DNA of 64,000 nucleotides from assembly GCA_001786955.1 (NCBI GenBank), contig MFUM01000008.1, positions 11,062 through 75,061 of the forward strand, in the 5' to 3' direction. Both the position numbers and the translations under genes were made by a program. The stretch comes from Candidatus Nomurabacteria bacterium RIFCSPHIGHO2_12_FULL_42_19. GTDB lineage: Bacteria > Patescibacteriota > Minisyncoccia > Phycocordibacterales > UBA9973. Position 1 is the first letter of the stretch. Every line of letters begins with the position of its first letter. Positions 1 to 10,158 of the stretch are shown here, piece by piece. The notes under the pieces are model-generated. The model was not told the DNA's origin. It made no database searches and worked only from the letters and a program-made list of their open reading frames with translations.

Positions 1-441
1 GAAGCTCGGGCGAAAGCTATTGATGCTTATTTTGCCAAGCGTGATATGCCGCTCGAAGGAGTAGGTATGAAAATGGTGCAAGCGGCGGAAGATAACGACC
101 TTGACTGGCGTCTTTTGCCGGCTATTGCCGTGCGGGAATCGACCGGGGGCAAAAATGCCTGCGATAGAGTAGAAAACAATTCCTTCGGCTGGGGTTCCTG
201 CAAAATCGGTTTTAAATCCAACGAAGAAGCGATTAAAACTGTAGCTAAAAATCTTGGCGGAAATAATCCGAATACCGCCCATCACTACGATAATAAAACC
301 ATCAAGCAGATTTTACGCGCCTATAATCCTCCTTACATTGTGCCTCGTTATGCCGAACAGGTAATGTCTATCATGAAAGCGATTGGGACAGAAGATATGG
401 CAATAAAAACGGAAATAGAAATAGCTGTCATTAAAACATAA
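1..441 (+). CDS. Lysozyme-like / lytic transglycosylase-like cell-wall protein (5' partial)
   Basis: Open frame from base 1 (EARAKAIDAYFAKRDMPL...). LDWRLLPAIAVRESTGG and N.FGWG motifs resemble glucosaminidase/SLT folds. Confidence 0.6.
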   Translation, partial: EARAKAIDAYFAKRDMPLEGVGMKMVQAAEDNDLDWRLLPAIAVRESTGGKNACDRVENNSFGWGSCKIGFKSNEEAIKTVAKNLGGNNPNTAHHYDNKTIKQILRAYNPPYIVPRYAEQVMSIMKAIGTEDMAIKTEIEIAVIKT

Positions 442-480
442 CTAAAAAATCCCGCTTAATGCGGGATTTTTTAGTTATGT
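436..480. terminator. Bidirectional intrinsic terminator
   Basis: Perfect 20-bp inverted repeat ACATAACTAAAAAATCCCGC-TTAAT-GCGGGATTTTTTAGTTATGT between convergent genes. Confidence 0.85.
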
Positions 481-1560
481 TTATTCTAGATACACCAAGG
501 TCATCTTCTGGTCTTTTGGCTCAAAAAGTGTAATTTGGAAATTATAATTCTTGCCGAGTTCCAGTTTTTCGCGGAGTTTCGTCTCGGAAGGGAAAGTTGA
601 GTTGTGCACCAGCCCGGCCACGCCCTCTTTGATGGAAACGAGAGCGCCGTGCTTGTTGTATTTTATTACCACTCCCTTAATGATATCTCCTTTCTTTAAT
701 TTCCCTTCAAATTCTTTCCAAGGGTTTTCCTTGAGCGCTTTTATGGAAAGGGATATTTTCCCGTCTTTTATTTCAATCACTTTTGCTTTCACTTTATCTT
801 CCACTTTGAACATATTGCGCGGATCTTCCACTAGCCCCCAATCAAGTTCGGAAATATGCACGAGTCCTTCCAGCCCTTCTTCCAGCTTCAGGAACACGCC
901 GAAATCCACGATTCCGGCGACGATGCAATCCAAATTGTCGCCGATATTGTATTTGCTCAGGATTTCTTTTTTTTCTTCGGGATTGTTGTCTTTTTCGGAA
1001 AAAATCAATTTGCCTTCTTTCGGAAGCGTGGAAATAATCATCACGGAAATATGCTGACCAATAAGCTTTTTCAATTCTTTCAATATTTTATCTTTATCTG
1101 AATCTAAAACGCGAGGATAATGGTCCGCTTTGAGCTGGGAAGCGGGTAGGAACCCCTGGATACCCTGCCATTCTAAAATCAAGCCTCCTTTGTTCGCATC
1201 CTTTACTTCCAAATCTAGGACTGTCTTTGTCTTGATTGCCTTTTCCGCTTCGCTCCAGGCGAGTGCCTGCTTTGCCTCCTTCAGGGAAAGTTCCGTGTAG
1301 CCATCCTCATTTTCCACTTCGACGATTTTTGCCTTGATGATGTCGCCGAGGCTGATTTTTCTTATAATGTCTTTCGCGTTTATAAATTCCCGGCCGTAAA
1401 TAATGCCCGTGCCGAAAGGCGCCAAGTCTACGTAAACAGAGGATTTTTCCACTAAAATTACCGGACCTTCCACCAGAGAATCAACTTCCGGTCTATTGGC
1501 GCTGCGGTCAGTGATGGAACTCAAAATCAAATTTTCTTTGATTATTTCTTCTTTTATCAT
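481..1560 (-). CDS. rpsA: 30S ribosomal protein S1 (four S1 domains)
   Basis: Repeated S1 motifs: NKGGLILE..GIQGFLPASQL, DFGVFLKLEEGLEGLVHISEL, GVAGLVHNS. Confidence 0.9.
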   Translation of the reverse strand: MIKEEIIKENLILSSITDRSANRPEVDSLVEGPVILVEKSSVYVDLAPFGTGIIYGREFINAKDIIRKISLGDIIKAKIVEVENEDGYTELSLKEAKQALAWSEAEKAIKTKTVLDLEVKDANKGGLILEWQGIQGFLPASQLKADHYPRVLDSDKDKILKELKKLIGQHISVMIISTLPKEGKLIFSEKDNNPEEKKEILSKYNIGDNLDCIVAGIVDFGVFLKLEEGLEGLVHISELDWGLVEDPRNMFKVEDKVKAKVIEIKDGKISLSIKALKENPWKEFEGKLKKGDIIKGVVIKYNKHGALVSIKEGVAGLVHNSTFPSETKLREKLELGKNYNFQITLFEPKDQKMTLVYLE

Positions 1561-1572
1561 ATGTTTGATTAA

Positions 1573-1636
1573 ACCCCGACGATTCTGTCGGGGTCCCGAC
1601 TTTACGTCGGGATTAAAAAATCCGCCATAAAGCGGA
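1573..1636. repeat. Cluster of short palindromic elements upstream of rpsA
   Basis: ACCCCGAC-GATTCT-GTCGGGGT, TCCCGAC-TTTAC-GTCGGGA and TCCGC-CATAAA-GCGGA hairpins. Confidence 0.7.
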
Positions 1637-1800
1637 TATAAGGCTTAGGTTTTCCGACGCAAGGCCGGAAGGTTACCCTAAAACACGCTTTTAATAAATA
1701 TTTACTTGTATAAACATACTACTACAAAACCACAAAAATGCAAGTCGGAAGACGTATTCTTTATTTTCTTTTTCTTTGAAATTTTGCTATAATACATAGA

Positions 1801-2427
1801 ATGATAATCACATATTTCGGCAAGCAGTTTTTCAAAATTCAGCAAGGGGAGATGGTCCTGGCTTTTAATCCCGTCAGTAAAAGCTCAAAAACGGGCATTT
1901 CTGCCCATTTTGGCGCGGATATAGCCATGATAACCACTAATCATCCCGACTACAACGGCATTGAACAGCTCTCGCACGGCGAACGGGAACCTTTTGTTAT
2001 TACCGGACCGGGGGATTACGAGATAAAGGAAATTTTTATCAAAGGAGTATTGTCGGACGCGCTGATTGCCTCGAGAAAATATATTAATACCATTTATCTG
2101 TTTTCCGTCGATAATATTAGTATTGCTTTCCTCGGAGCCTTGTCGGATTCCGAACTTTCCAAAGAATCGCGCGAAGCCATAAATAGCCCGGATATTATTT
2201 TTATTCCAGTCGGCGGAAAGGGAATGCTGGACGCCAAGGCATCCGCCAAACTCGCTTCATCGCTGGAACCGAAGTTGGTAATCCCGATGGACTATGACGA
2301 GAGCACACTGAAAATATTTCTTAAAGAAATGGGTGAAGAAAAGGCCGAAACAGCGGACAAACTGACACTCAAGAGAAAAGATTTGGATAATAAAGAAGGG
2401 GAAGTGGTCGTTTTAAAAGCAACATAA
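1801..2427 (+). CDS. MBL-fold metallo-hydrolase-like protein (degenerate metal motif)
   Basis: MIITYFG..FFKI start, ADIAMITTNHPDYN in place of SHxHxDH, GPGDYEI, DIIFIPVGG and LEPKLVIPMDY. Confidence 0.75.
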   Translation: MIITYFGKQFFKIQQGEMVLAFNPVSKSSKTGISAHFGADIAMITTNHPDYNGIEQLSHGEREPFVITGPGDYEIKEIFIKGVLSDALIASRKYINTIYLFSVDNISIAFLGALSDSELSKESREAINSPDIIFIPVGGKGMLDAKASAKLASSLEPKLVIPMDYDESTLKIFLKEMGEEKAETADKLTLKRKDLDNKEGEVVVLKAT

Positions 2428-2466
2428 CAGATAGACCACAGGTCCGACCTGTGGAACAAAAAGATT

Positions 2467-2715
2467 ATGAAAAGAATAATTCATCATATAAGAAAACAGC
2501 CTGAAGAAGTCCGTAGGCACATTTTACATATCCTTACTTTTACGGCTGCCGTAGTTTTAATCCTTCTGTGGATTTATTTTCTGGGAACGACTTTATCGAG
2601 TCCGGATACGCAAGCGAAAATGAGTCAGGATTTAAAACCTCTTTCTGCATTAAAAGATAATATGACAGGCGGATACAACAGCATATTGGAGCCTAATTTG
2701 GGCGTTTCACAATAA
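2467..2715 (+). CDS. Small single-pass membrane protein, hypothetical
   Basis: 82-aa ORF with one hydrophobic segment, filling the intergenic space. Confidence 0.7.
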   Translation: MKRIIHHIRKQPEEVRRHILHILTFTAAVVLILLWIYFLGTTLSSPDTQAKMSQDLKPLSALKDNMTGGYNSILEPNLGVSQ

Positions 2716-2739
2716 TTTTTCCGCCAGAGGCGGACAGGT

Positions 2740-5199
2740 ATGGCAAAAAATAACGAAAAAACAAAAGAAGAATTACAAGCGGATACGATTCTTCCGGTTG
2801 ACGTTGTGGCGGAAATGAAAGAATCCTACCTGGCCTATGCGATGTCGGTTATTACTTCGCGCGCTTTGCCGGATGTTCGCGACGGGCTGAAGCCCGTGCA
2901 CCGCAGAATCCTGTTTGCTATGCACGAGATGGGCTTGACCTCCTCGGCGCGTTTTCGGAAATCTGCCGCAGTCGTCGGAGATGTGCTCGGGAAATATCAT
3001 CCGCATGGCGACACGGCTGTTTACGATTCCATGGTGGGGATGGCCCAGGAATTTTCTTATCGCTACCCTTTGGTTTTAGGGCAGGGGAACTTCGGTTCGA
3101 TTGACGGAGATAACGCCGCCGCAATGCGCTATACCGAAGCAAAAATGTCCAAGATTTCCTCCGAGCTTTTGCGGGATCTGGAAAAAGAAACGGTTGATTT
3201 CCGCCCGAACTACGACCAGACCCGCAAAGAACCGGTAGTCTTTCCTTCTTCCGTGCCGGCATTGCTTCTGAATGGCACGCTCGGCATTGCCGTCGGCATG
3301 GCGACAAATATTCCTTCGCACAATTTAGCGGAAGTGCTGGACGCGACAGATTATTTAATTGAAAATGACGATGCCACGACTGAAGATTTGATGCAATTTA
3401 TAAAAGGGCCCGATTTTCCGACCGGCGGGATTGCTTACGGATCCAAAGATATGCTCCATGCGTATTCATCGGGGCGGGGCGGGATAGTCTGCCGGGGCGA
3501 AGCGGAAATAGTCGAGCAAAAAGACGGGAACTTCTCTATCGTCATCACCTCGATTCCTTTCCGGATAAATAAATCTAATTTAATAATAAGCATTGCGGAG
3601 CTGGTCCAGGAAAAAAAGCTTGAAGGCATCAAAGGGCTCCGGGACGAGTCCGCAAAAGACATCAGAATTGTCATTGATTTAAAAAATAGCGCGCATCCCG
3701 AAAAAGTTTTAAATTATATTTACAAAAATACCCAACTTGAGTCGAATTTTAATTTTAATATGGTTGCTCTGGTGGACGGCGTGCCCCAGACTTTGTCGCT
3801 CAAGTCCATACTGACTGAATTTATCGCGCACCGGAAGGAAGTAGTGAAACGCAGGAGCGCATATGATTTGCGTAAAGCGGAAGAGCGCGAGCATATCCTA
3901 CTCGGTCTGAAAAAGGCTTTGGATAAGATAGACCGGGTGATTGCCGTTATCCGCGGGTCAAATAATTCCCAAATTGCCAAATTGAATTTAATCAAAGAAT
4001 TTAAATTTTCAGACCTGCAGGCGGCAGCCATTTTGGAAATGAAGCTGGCAAAGCTCGCAGGACTCGAGCGAAAAGCCGTCGAAGACGAGCTTGCGGAAAA
4101 ACAAAAATTTATTGCGGGAATGAAAGACCTGCTGGCCAGCCCTAAAAAAATATTGAAAACGATTGCCGGAGAATTGAAAGAAATCCGCGAAAAATATGCC
4201 GATGAGCGCCGCACCAAAATAGTAAAAGGCGGGGTTAAGGAAATTTCCGACGAGGATTTGGTTCCGGAAAAAGAAACAATGCTCGTGCTGACGGCCGGAG
4301 GGTATGTAAAATGCACCGACCCTTCCGAATACCGCGCGCAAAAGCGGGGCGGCGTGGGAGTGATTGACCTGGAAACCAAAGAAGAGGATTTTGTGACGAT
4401 GCTCGTTTCCGGCTCCACTCACAGCAATACTTTGTTCTTTACCAACCTTGGCAAGGTTTATCAGATGAAAATGTATGATATTCCGGAAGGCCGCCGGGCA
4501 ACCCGCGGCAAATCCATTATGAATTTTCTGGCACTTTCGGCGGAAGAAAAAGTAAGTTCCATTTTGGCATTACCAAAAGACATTGGGAAAAATCCTTCTT
4601 CCTTAATGCTTGTCACCAAACATGGCACGGCGAAAAAAATGTCTTCCGAAAGCTTCAAGGATGTGCGCCGGAGCGGTATTATTGCTATCCGACTGGACAA
4701 AAATGACCAGCTTATTTCCGCATTGGTGACGGAAAAAGGCGATGAAGTCATGATTGCGACAGCTGACGGTCAGTCTATCAGGTTTAAGGAATCCGACGTG
4801 CGCGAAATGGGCAGGACGGCCGGAGGAGTGAGCGGCATCAGGCTGGGAAAAAACGATCAAGTTATCGGAGTTGATGTGGTAAAGAAAGGAAGCGAAAAGG
4901 GCTCATTCCTGACAATGAGCGCCAATGGTTTTGGCAAAAAGACTGGCTTGAAAGAATATAAAGTCCAGAAACGCGGGGGTTCCGGAGTGAAGACAGCCAA
5001 GGTAACTGCAAAAACAGGCAAGCTTATCGTGGCGAAAGTACTGACCGGAGAAGAAATGGAACTGATTGCCATGTCCAAGAAAGGGCAGGTAATACGAACG
5101 GCGCTCAAAGATATTTCCTCTTTAGGTCGCCAGACGCAGGGCGTGACCGTTATGCGCTTGCGCGCGGGCGATGGTATTGCGTCTTTAGCTTGTATATAA
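2740..5199 (+). CDS. gyrA: DNA gyrase subunit A
   Basis: [35 protein letters not shown] (catalytic Tyr), GyrA-box QKRGGVG and C-terminal pinwheel repeats. Confidence 0.98.
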   Translation: MAKNNEKTKEELQADTILPVDVVAEMKESYLAYAMSVITSRALPDVRDGLKPVHRRILFAMHEMGLTSSARFRKSAAVVGDVLGKYHPHGDTAVYDSMVGMAQEFSYRYPLVLGQGNFGSIDGDNAAAMRYTEAKMSKISSELLRDLEKETVDFRPNYDQTRKEPVVFPSSVPALLLNGTLGIAVGMATNIPSHNLAEVLDATDYLIENDDATTEDLMQFIKGPDFPTGGIAYGSKDMLHAYSSGRGGIVCRGEAEIVEQKDGNFSIVITSIPFRINKSNLIISIAELVQEKKLEGIKGLRDESAKDIRIVIDLKNSAHPEKVLNYIYKNTQLESNFNFNMVALVDGVPQTLSLKSILTEFIAHRKEVVKRRSAYDLRKAEEREHILLGLKKALDKIDRVIAVIRGSNNSQIAKLNLIKEFKFSDLQAAAILEMKLAKLAGLERKAVEDELAEKQKFIAGMKDLLASPKKILKTIAGELKEIREKYADERRTKIVKGGVKEISDEDLVPEKETMLVLTAGGYVKCTDPSEYRAQKRGGVGVIDLETKEEDFVTMLVSGSTHSNTLFFTNLGKVYQMKMYDIPEGRRATRGKSIMNFLALSAEEKVSSILALPKDIGKNPSSLMLVTKHGTAKKMSSESFKDVRRSGIIAIRLDKNDQLISALVTEKGDEVMIATADGQSIRFKESDVREMGRTAGGVSGIRLGKNDQVIGVDVVKKGSEKGSFLTMSANGFGKKTGLKEYKVQKRGGSGVKTAKVTAKTGKLIVAKVLTGEEMELIAMSKKGQVIRTALKDISSLGRQTQGVTVMRLRAGDGIASLACI

Positions 5200-5206
5200 T
5201 GTATAT

Positions 5207-5722
5207 ATGTTCTCCGACCCGGTAAAAAATTTAAAAGCTTTGGGTTTGCGAGAAAACGACATCGTGGCGGACTTGGGGGCGGGGACCGGGTATTATGCTG
5301 TCGCGGCCGGAACGCTCGTGCCGAAAGGAAAAGTGTATGCTGTTGAATTACAAAAAGATTTTTTAGATACGATCAGAAATAAGGCAAAAGAAGCCCATTT
5401 AGAGAATGTGGAAATCATCTGGGGGAATATTGAAAAAATCGGCGGAACGAAAATAGGCGATGGTGTCGCGGATGCGGTTATTGCTTCAAACGTACTTTTT
5501 CAAGTTGAAGAAAAAGATAAATTTATTGAAGAGGTAAAAAGAATATTGAAACAGAAAGGCCGGGTGTTATTGATCGACTGGTCAGAGTCATCGATTATGG
5601 GCGCAACCGCGGTTATTCCCAAAAACAAAGCCCGGGAAATGTTCGAGAAGAAAGGCTTTATTCCGGAGCGGGAAATTGATGCGGGAAACCACCATTATGG
5701 TATGATATTGATAAAGCAATGA
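5207..5722 (+). CDS. Class I SAM-dependent methyltransferase
   Basis: VADLGAGTG motif I, KVYAVEL, RILKQKGRVLLIDW. Confidence 0.9.
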   Translation: MFSDPVKNLKALGLRENDIVADLGAGTGYYAVAAGTLVPKGKVYAVELQKDFLDTIRNKAKEAHLENVEIIWGNIEKIGGTKIGDGVADAVIASNVLFQVEEKDKFIEEVKRILKQKGRVLLIDWSESSIMGATAVIPKNKAREMFEKKGFIPEREIDAGNHHYGMILIKQ

Positions 5723-7008
5723 GAGGAAATTTCCAACTTATCGTCATAATTGTGTTTATTGTTGCCGCTATTTTAGGCATTTTGGTTTTTTCCGGAGCAA
5801 TACCACTTGGGAGCGACGGAGCAGGCAGTCTCGGAACTGTCGTTTTGTGGGGAACTACCCCAACCCGGTCGATTGCCGGGGCACTGGAAGATTTTAATAA
5901 TACCAATCCTACTTTAATCGTGAAATATGAACAAAAATCTCCCGATACTTTCGACCAGGATTTGCTTGAAGCACTGGCTTCAGGCGCCGGTCCCGATATG
6001 TTTTTCCTGCCCGACAGCCTGGTTTTTAATTATGCCAATAAGATTTTTGCTATTCCATATGCAAGTTATCCGCTAAATACTTTTAAAAATATTTTCGCCG
6101 GCGCCGGAGAAGTGTTTTTGACTTCCAAGGGCGTTTTGGCTTTTCCGATAACCATTGATCCACTTATGATGTATTACAACAGGAGCATTCTGGATGCGAA
6201 CGGAGTTATTTACCCTCCGGCTTCCTGGGATGACTTAATGAATCTCGTGCCAGCCCTGACCAAAAAAGACGACTCAAATAAAATAATAAAAAGCGCGGTA
6301 GCGCTCGGGCATTTCCCGAATGTGGCTCATGCTAAAGACATCCTGGCTGCTCTTTTTATGCAGGCCGGCAATCCGATTGTTGCAGAAAAGGACGGAGTTT
6401 TTAGTTCGGTTTTGAATTCACCGGTTGGAAATTACAATCTTCCTTCAGTTTTAAAATTTTACACGGATTTTGCAGACCCGAGCAAACCTGTATATTCCTG
6501 GAACCGGTCTTTTCCCGATTCTGATAATGTTTTTTCGGCGGAAAATCTGGCATTTTATTTCGGTTATGCCAGCGAACTCCAGTCTTTGGTAAATAAAAAT
6601 CCCAATCAGAACTTTTTTGTCGCGCCAATGCCTCAGATTAAGAATTCCAATTTCAAGCTGACCGGAGCTCGTGTGACCGGTCTGGCTATCTCGTCTTTTT
6701 CCAAGAATTTTGATACGGCTTTCACGGCAGCGAGCCTGATGACTAATGGCGATTTTGCTTCCAAGTTTGCGGCTGCTTTAGATACGCCGCCGGCCCGCCG
6801 AGATTTGCTTGCTACAAAACCGGCTGATGCTTATTCTCCGATTTTTTACAGTTCGGCATTATACGCGAAAAGTTGGCTGGATCCGTCGCCGGAAGATACC
6901 GATAATATTTTCAGCGGAATGGTTAATGCAGTGCTTTCAAATAATCTATCGGTGGGTGATGCCGTCAAAGATGCCAGTTCCAAGCTGAGTCTTTTATTAT
7001 TCAAGTAG
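5719..7008 (+). CDS. Membrane-anchored extracellular solute-binding protein (sugar-binding family-like)
   Basis: N-terminal TM segment, ALASGAGPDMF, AFPITIDPLMMYYNRSIL and PPASWDDL motifs. Confidence 0.85.
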   Translation: MRGNFQLIVIIVFIVAAILGILVFSGAIPLGSDGAGSLGTVVLWGTTPTRSIAGALEDFNNTNPTLIVKYEQKSPDTFDQDLLEALASGAGPDMFFLPDSLVFNYANKIFAIPYASYPLNTFKNIFAGAGEVFLTSKGVLAFPITIDPLMMYYNRSILDANGVIYPPASWDDLMNLVPALTKKDDSNKIIKSAVALGHFPNVAHAKDILAALFMQAGNPIVAEKDGVFSSVLNSPVGNYNLPSVLKFYTDFADPSKPVYSWNRSFPDSDNVFSAENLAFYFGYASELQSLVNKNPNQNFFVAPMPQIKNSNFKLTGARVTGLAISSFSKNFDTAFTAASLMTNGDFASKFAAALDTPPARRDLLATKPADAYSPIFYSSALYAKSWLDPSPEDTDNIFSGMVNAVLSNNLSVGDAVKDASSKLSLLLFK

Positions 7009-7051
7009 TCGCGCTATAATGACGGTTGCGCGACATGATTTCGCGAAATCA
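7008..7051 (+). repeat. Two-hairpin element upstream of pilin gene, copy 1
   Basis: GTCGCGC...GCGCGAC followed by TGATTTCGCGAAATCA. A similar copy is at 7752-7795. Confidence 0.75.
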
Positions 7052-7450
7052 ATGAAAAAAACAAAAAAATTCCTAATTTTTATTTCAATATTTTTAATAC
7101 TAGTTATGCCGGTTCTGTCTTTGGCATACACACTTGGAGAACCCTTAGTGCCACCTTGCAGTACAGCAGCAGCACCAGAGCAATGTGGATGGGGTCAGCT
7201 AATGGGGCTTGTCGATAATGTTATTACTTTTATTTTGAAGTATATGGCTGTGCCGATTGCGGCGATAATGTTCGCTTATGCCGGTTTTCTTTTGGTCACA
7301 GCGGGCGGGGAAGCGGCTGGCGCCAGGACGAAAGCCAAGTCAATTTTTACCAATGCGGCAATTGGCTTGATTCTTGCCGTGGCCGCCTGGCTGATTATTA
7401 AGACGATATTGGCAATTTTGGGCTACGAAGGGGCTTGGATTGGATTTTAA
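7052..7450 (+). CDS. VirB2/TrbC-like pilin
   Basis: Signal peptide, Cys pair, then two TM helices joined by a GGEAAGARTKAK loop. Start placed at MKKTKK. Confidence 0.8.
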   Translation: MKKTKKFLIFISIFLILVMPVLSLAYTLGEPLVPPCSTAAAPEQCGWGQLMGLVDNVITFILKYMAVPIAAIMFAYAGFLLVTAGGEAAGARTKAKSIFTNAAIGLILAVAAWLIIKTILAILGYEGAWIGF

Positions 7451-7470
7451 TATGTGTTACAATTAAAACG

Positions 7471-7737
7471 ATGATTAATAATCCAATACCAAATATAACT
7501 TCAATACCCAATCTCATTCAAACCATTCTGGAAGGCGCGCTGAAAATCGGCATGCCAGTCGTGGCATTGGCGGTTATTTACTGCGGTTTTCTTTTTGTTT
7601 TTGCCCGGGGCAATCCAGAGAAATTGACTAAAGCCAGAGAAGCCCTTCTTTATACATTAATCGGCGCGGCAATACTTCTGGGATCGTGGGCTATTGCCAA
7701 GATGATATCTGCTACCGTGACCGGGCTTGGGTCTTAA
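7471..7737 (+). CDS. VirB2/TrbC-like pilin
   Basis: IYCGFLFVFARGNPEKLTKAREALLYTLIGAAI pilin hairpin. Start placed at ATG 7471, 7 nt after TGTTACAAT. Confidence 0.8.
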   Translation: MINNPIPNITSIPNLIQTILEGALKIGMPVVALAVIYCGFLFVFARGNPEKLTKAREALLYTLIGAAILLGSWAIAKMISATVTGLGS

Positions 7738-7751
7738 AATTATTATTAAGC

Positions 7752-7795
7752 GTCGCGCTTTAATGGACTTTGCGCAACATGATTTCGTGAAATCA
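7752..7795 (+). repeat. Two-hairpin element upstream of pilin gene, copy 2
   Basis: GTCGCGC...GCGCAAC followed by TGATTTCGTGAAATCA. Confidence 0.75.
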
Positions 7796-7798
7796 ATT

Positions 7799-8506
7799 AT
7801 GAAAAAATTATTTAAAATCATTCCCATACTTTTTTTTACAATCTTATTTCCAATTATTGCCTTGGCTGATTTTGTGGGTCCTTGTCCTACAGGTACTCAC
7901 TATACCATTTCAGGTTGTGTTCCTGACGGTTTGGGCGGTATATTATACAATATATCAAAACTCCTTAATTTAATTATCCCAGTTTTACTGTCTTTGGGCG
8001 TGGTCTATTTTGTTTGGGGAGTGGTGCGGTATGTTATTGGCGATAGTGAAGAAGCTAAAAAGAAAGGAAGGGACAGAATGATATATGGCATCATCGGCCT
8101 GACTGTTATCACCAGTTTATGGGGACTTGTGAATATCGTCGTTGAAACTTTTGGTATTGGTGGTGCTTCTGCGCCTTCATTAGAACCTTTAACCGGGCCG
8201 GCTTCTACCTGTAATCTTGCAGGCAATCCTAAATTTCAGGATCTTTTATGCTATATCACCCGCATTATTAACGATTCGGTAATTCCTTTGATTTTTGCCC
8301 TGGCTACGGTTATGTTTGTCTGGGGTATGGTAAACTTTTTTATACTTAATGCTGATGAAGAAGTTAAAAGGGCGCAGGGCAAGCAGTTTATGATTTGGGG
8401 GATTGTTGCTTTGGCGGTAATGCTTTCTGTCTGGGGATTGGTCGGAATACTTGGCAGCACCTTTAATGTTGACAGCTCAATTCTTCCACAGGTAACTCCG
8501 CCCTAA
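7799..8506 (+). CDS. Tandem double VirB2/TrbC-like pilin
   Basis: Signal peptide and two pilin hairpins (FVWGVVRYVIGDSEEAKKKGR; FVWGMVNFFILNADEEVKRAQGK), each preceded by a Cys pair. Confidence 0.8.
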   Translation: MKKLFKIIPILFFTILFPIIALADFVGPCPTGTHYTISGCVPDGLGGILYNISKLLNLIIPVLLSLGVVYFVWGVVRYVIGDSEEAKKKGRDRMIYGIIGLTVITSLWGLVNIVVETFGIGGASAPSLEPLTGPASTCNLAGNPKFQDLLCYITRIINDSVIPLIFALATVMFVWGMVNFFILNADEEVKRAQGKQFMIWGIVALAVMLSVWGLVGILGSTFNVDSSILPQVTPP

Positions 8507-8703
8507 TTTGCCAGCTTATAGATGTTTTACTTTAATTATGCTTGTGCTATAATTAAGGAATAAGAGAAGGATAAATAAGCTTGCTTGTTTATCCCGAACG
8601 AAAGAGTTGATTATATTGTATTTAGTTATATAATTAAGGGACATTATTAGTTATTATAAGGTCGTTTTATTATTAACATTATTATTAGAATATTAGGAAT
8701 CAT

Positions 8704-9096
8704 ATGAAAAAGAAATTAATTGTGTTGTCGGGTTTCGTTTTAGGCTTGGCGCCGGTTGTGGCACTGGCTCAAACTACCGGTGGTTTGGTTGGGTGTACTG
8801 CTGCCAATGCCCCAGGAGGAACTATCCAATATTTAATATGTAAACTGGGTGATCTTCTTAATCTTGTTGTTCCGATTCTTATAGCGCTGGGAGTGGTTTA
8901 TTTTGTCTGGGGAGTCATTACTTATATGATTGGTAGTGATGAAGAGGCAAAAAAAGCGGGAAGAGACCGCATTATCTTTGGTATTATCGGTCTGGCTGTT
9001 ATTATAGCCTTGTGGGGGCTTGTAAGAATATTGACAAATACTTTTGGGGTTCCTACGGCTGGCCAAGGTGTTACTTTGCCGACCACACCTTACTAG
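8704..9096 (+). CDS. VirB2/TrbC-like pilin
   Basis: Signal peptide ending APVVALA, Cys pair, FVWGVITYMIGSDEEAKKAGRDRIIFGIIGL. Confidence 0.8.
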   Translation: MKKKLIVLSGFVLGLAPVVALAQTTGGLVGCTAANAPGGTIQYLICKLGDLLNLVVPILIALGVVYFVWGVITYMIGSDEEAKKAGRDRIIFGIIGLAVIIALWGLVRILTNTFGVPTAGQGVTLPTTPY

Positions 9097-9121
9097 TTCA
9101 TAAAGAAAAAGAAGACAAAAT

Positions 9122-9436
9122 ATGGATTTATTTTCTACGAAGATAGTTTACGCCAGTCTTGATTCTTTTATTGGAAAGGTAGACCGGATGATTATAAATC
9201 CGCTTATTTTGTTTCTCTTTGCTTTGGCCGTGGCGTATTTTCTTTACGGTGTTCTGGAGTTTTTTTTAAATCAGGAAAATGATGAGAAAAAAACAACCGG
9301 CAAAAGCCATATGCTTTGGGGTGTTATCGGGATTACCATAATGCTCGGAGTTTGGACTATTCTTGGTATTATTACAAACACCCTAGGGATATCTGGTCAA
9401 ATAAATCCAGAGCAGGGAACAGTAGACTTGAGATAA
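9122..9436 (+). CDS. VirB2/TrbC-like pilin
   Basis: YFLYGVLEFFLNQENDEKKTTGKSHMLWGVIGITIM pilin hairpin. Confidence 0.78.
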   Translation: MDLFSTKIVYASLDSFIGKVDRMIINPLILFLFALAVAYFLYGVLEFFLNQENDEKKTTGKSHMLWGVIGITIMLGVWTILGIITNTLGISGQINPEQGTVDLR

Positions 9437-9464
9437 TTGTAATAAATCCTGATGCAATAAAAAC

Positions 9465-9495
9465 AAAAAAAATCCCCCTATTGGGGGATTTTTTT
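9465..9495. terminator. Bidirectional intrinsic terminator
   Basis: AAAAAAAATCCCCC-TATT-GGGGGATTTTTTT between convergent genes. Confidence 0.85.
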
Positions 9496-9504
9496 AGGCT
9501 GAGC

Positions 9505-10017
9505 CTATTCGTGCTTCAATGGTGTTGCGTGATAGTTCTCTTTGGTGTTAAAAATTATTCTTGTCAATATAACCAGCAACAAAATGAGTATTGCAAACAT
9601 GATCCACTGGATTAATCCGGAAGGCAGGAAACCGCTTATCCCGTAAAAAGCATTGGCTGCGAGACCGCTGTAAGTGTTGGAATTTTTTGTAGATGCAGAT
9701 GATGCTACGGTTTTTACGGCGCTGGCTGTTTTTACTTTTGCTGTTTTTGGAACAGTTGCCGAGTTTTCCGCATTCGGATTTACGCTATTTGAATAGACTA
9801 TCGGTGTAGGCGCGGGAGCCGGAGGGGGAGTATAAATCGGCGGCTGATAAGGAGATTGATTGGCATTATAATAATAACCATCATTATAATAACCATGAAC
9901 CGGTACAAAAACTTCATTAGCAGAAGCCTTGTTAAAAGGCATAAAAATCAAGACAAACGCCAAAATAGCCAATATTTTCAAGCCATAATTTATTGATTTG
10001 TTGTTTATTTTCTTCAT
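9505..10017 (-). CDS. Hypothetical exported protein with Pro/Tyr-rich linker and C-terminal membrane anchor
   Basis: N-terminal signal-like segment, YQPPIYTPPPAPAPTP, C-terminal FLPSGLIQWIMFAILILLLV. Start placed at MKKINNK. Confidence 0.75.
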   Translation of the reverse strand: MKKINNKSINYGLKILAILAFVLIFMPFNKASANEVFVPVHGYYNDGYYYNANQSPYQPPIYTPPPAPAPTPIVYSNSVNPNAENSATVPKTAKVKTASAVKTVASSASTKNSNTYSGLAANAFYGISGFLPSGLIQWIMFAILILLLVILTRIIFNTKENYHATPLKHE

Positions 10018-10158
10018 ATGCAAGTAGTATATCACTTATTAAGATAAAAGTCAAGCGGTTTTCTGGGGACACAAATAGAAAAGGCATCGATGGTGCCCTT
10101 TCAGGAAACCGGTCGATGCCTGGATTTATTAGACGGGTCCATCGAACCCGTCCGGCTA

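Noticed and set aside
3720-4418. 232-aa antisense ORF in gyrA, and similar antisense ORFs in clpB, dnaK and dnaB
   Set aside because: Expected shadow ORFs from codon bias in long conserved genes.
7019-7798. N-terminal extensions MTVARHDFAKS and ...MDFAQHDFVKSI as a shared peptide motif
   Set aside because: They are translations of the repeated hairpin element; better signal-peptide starts lie at 7052 and 7799.
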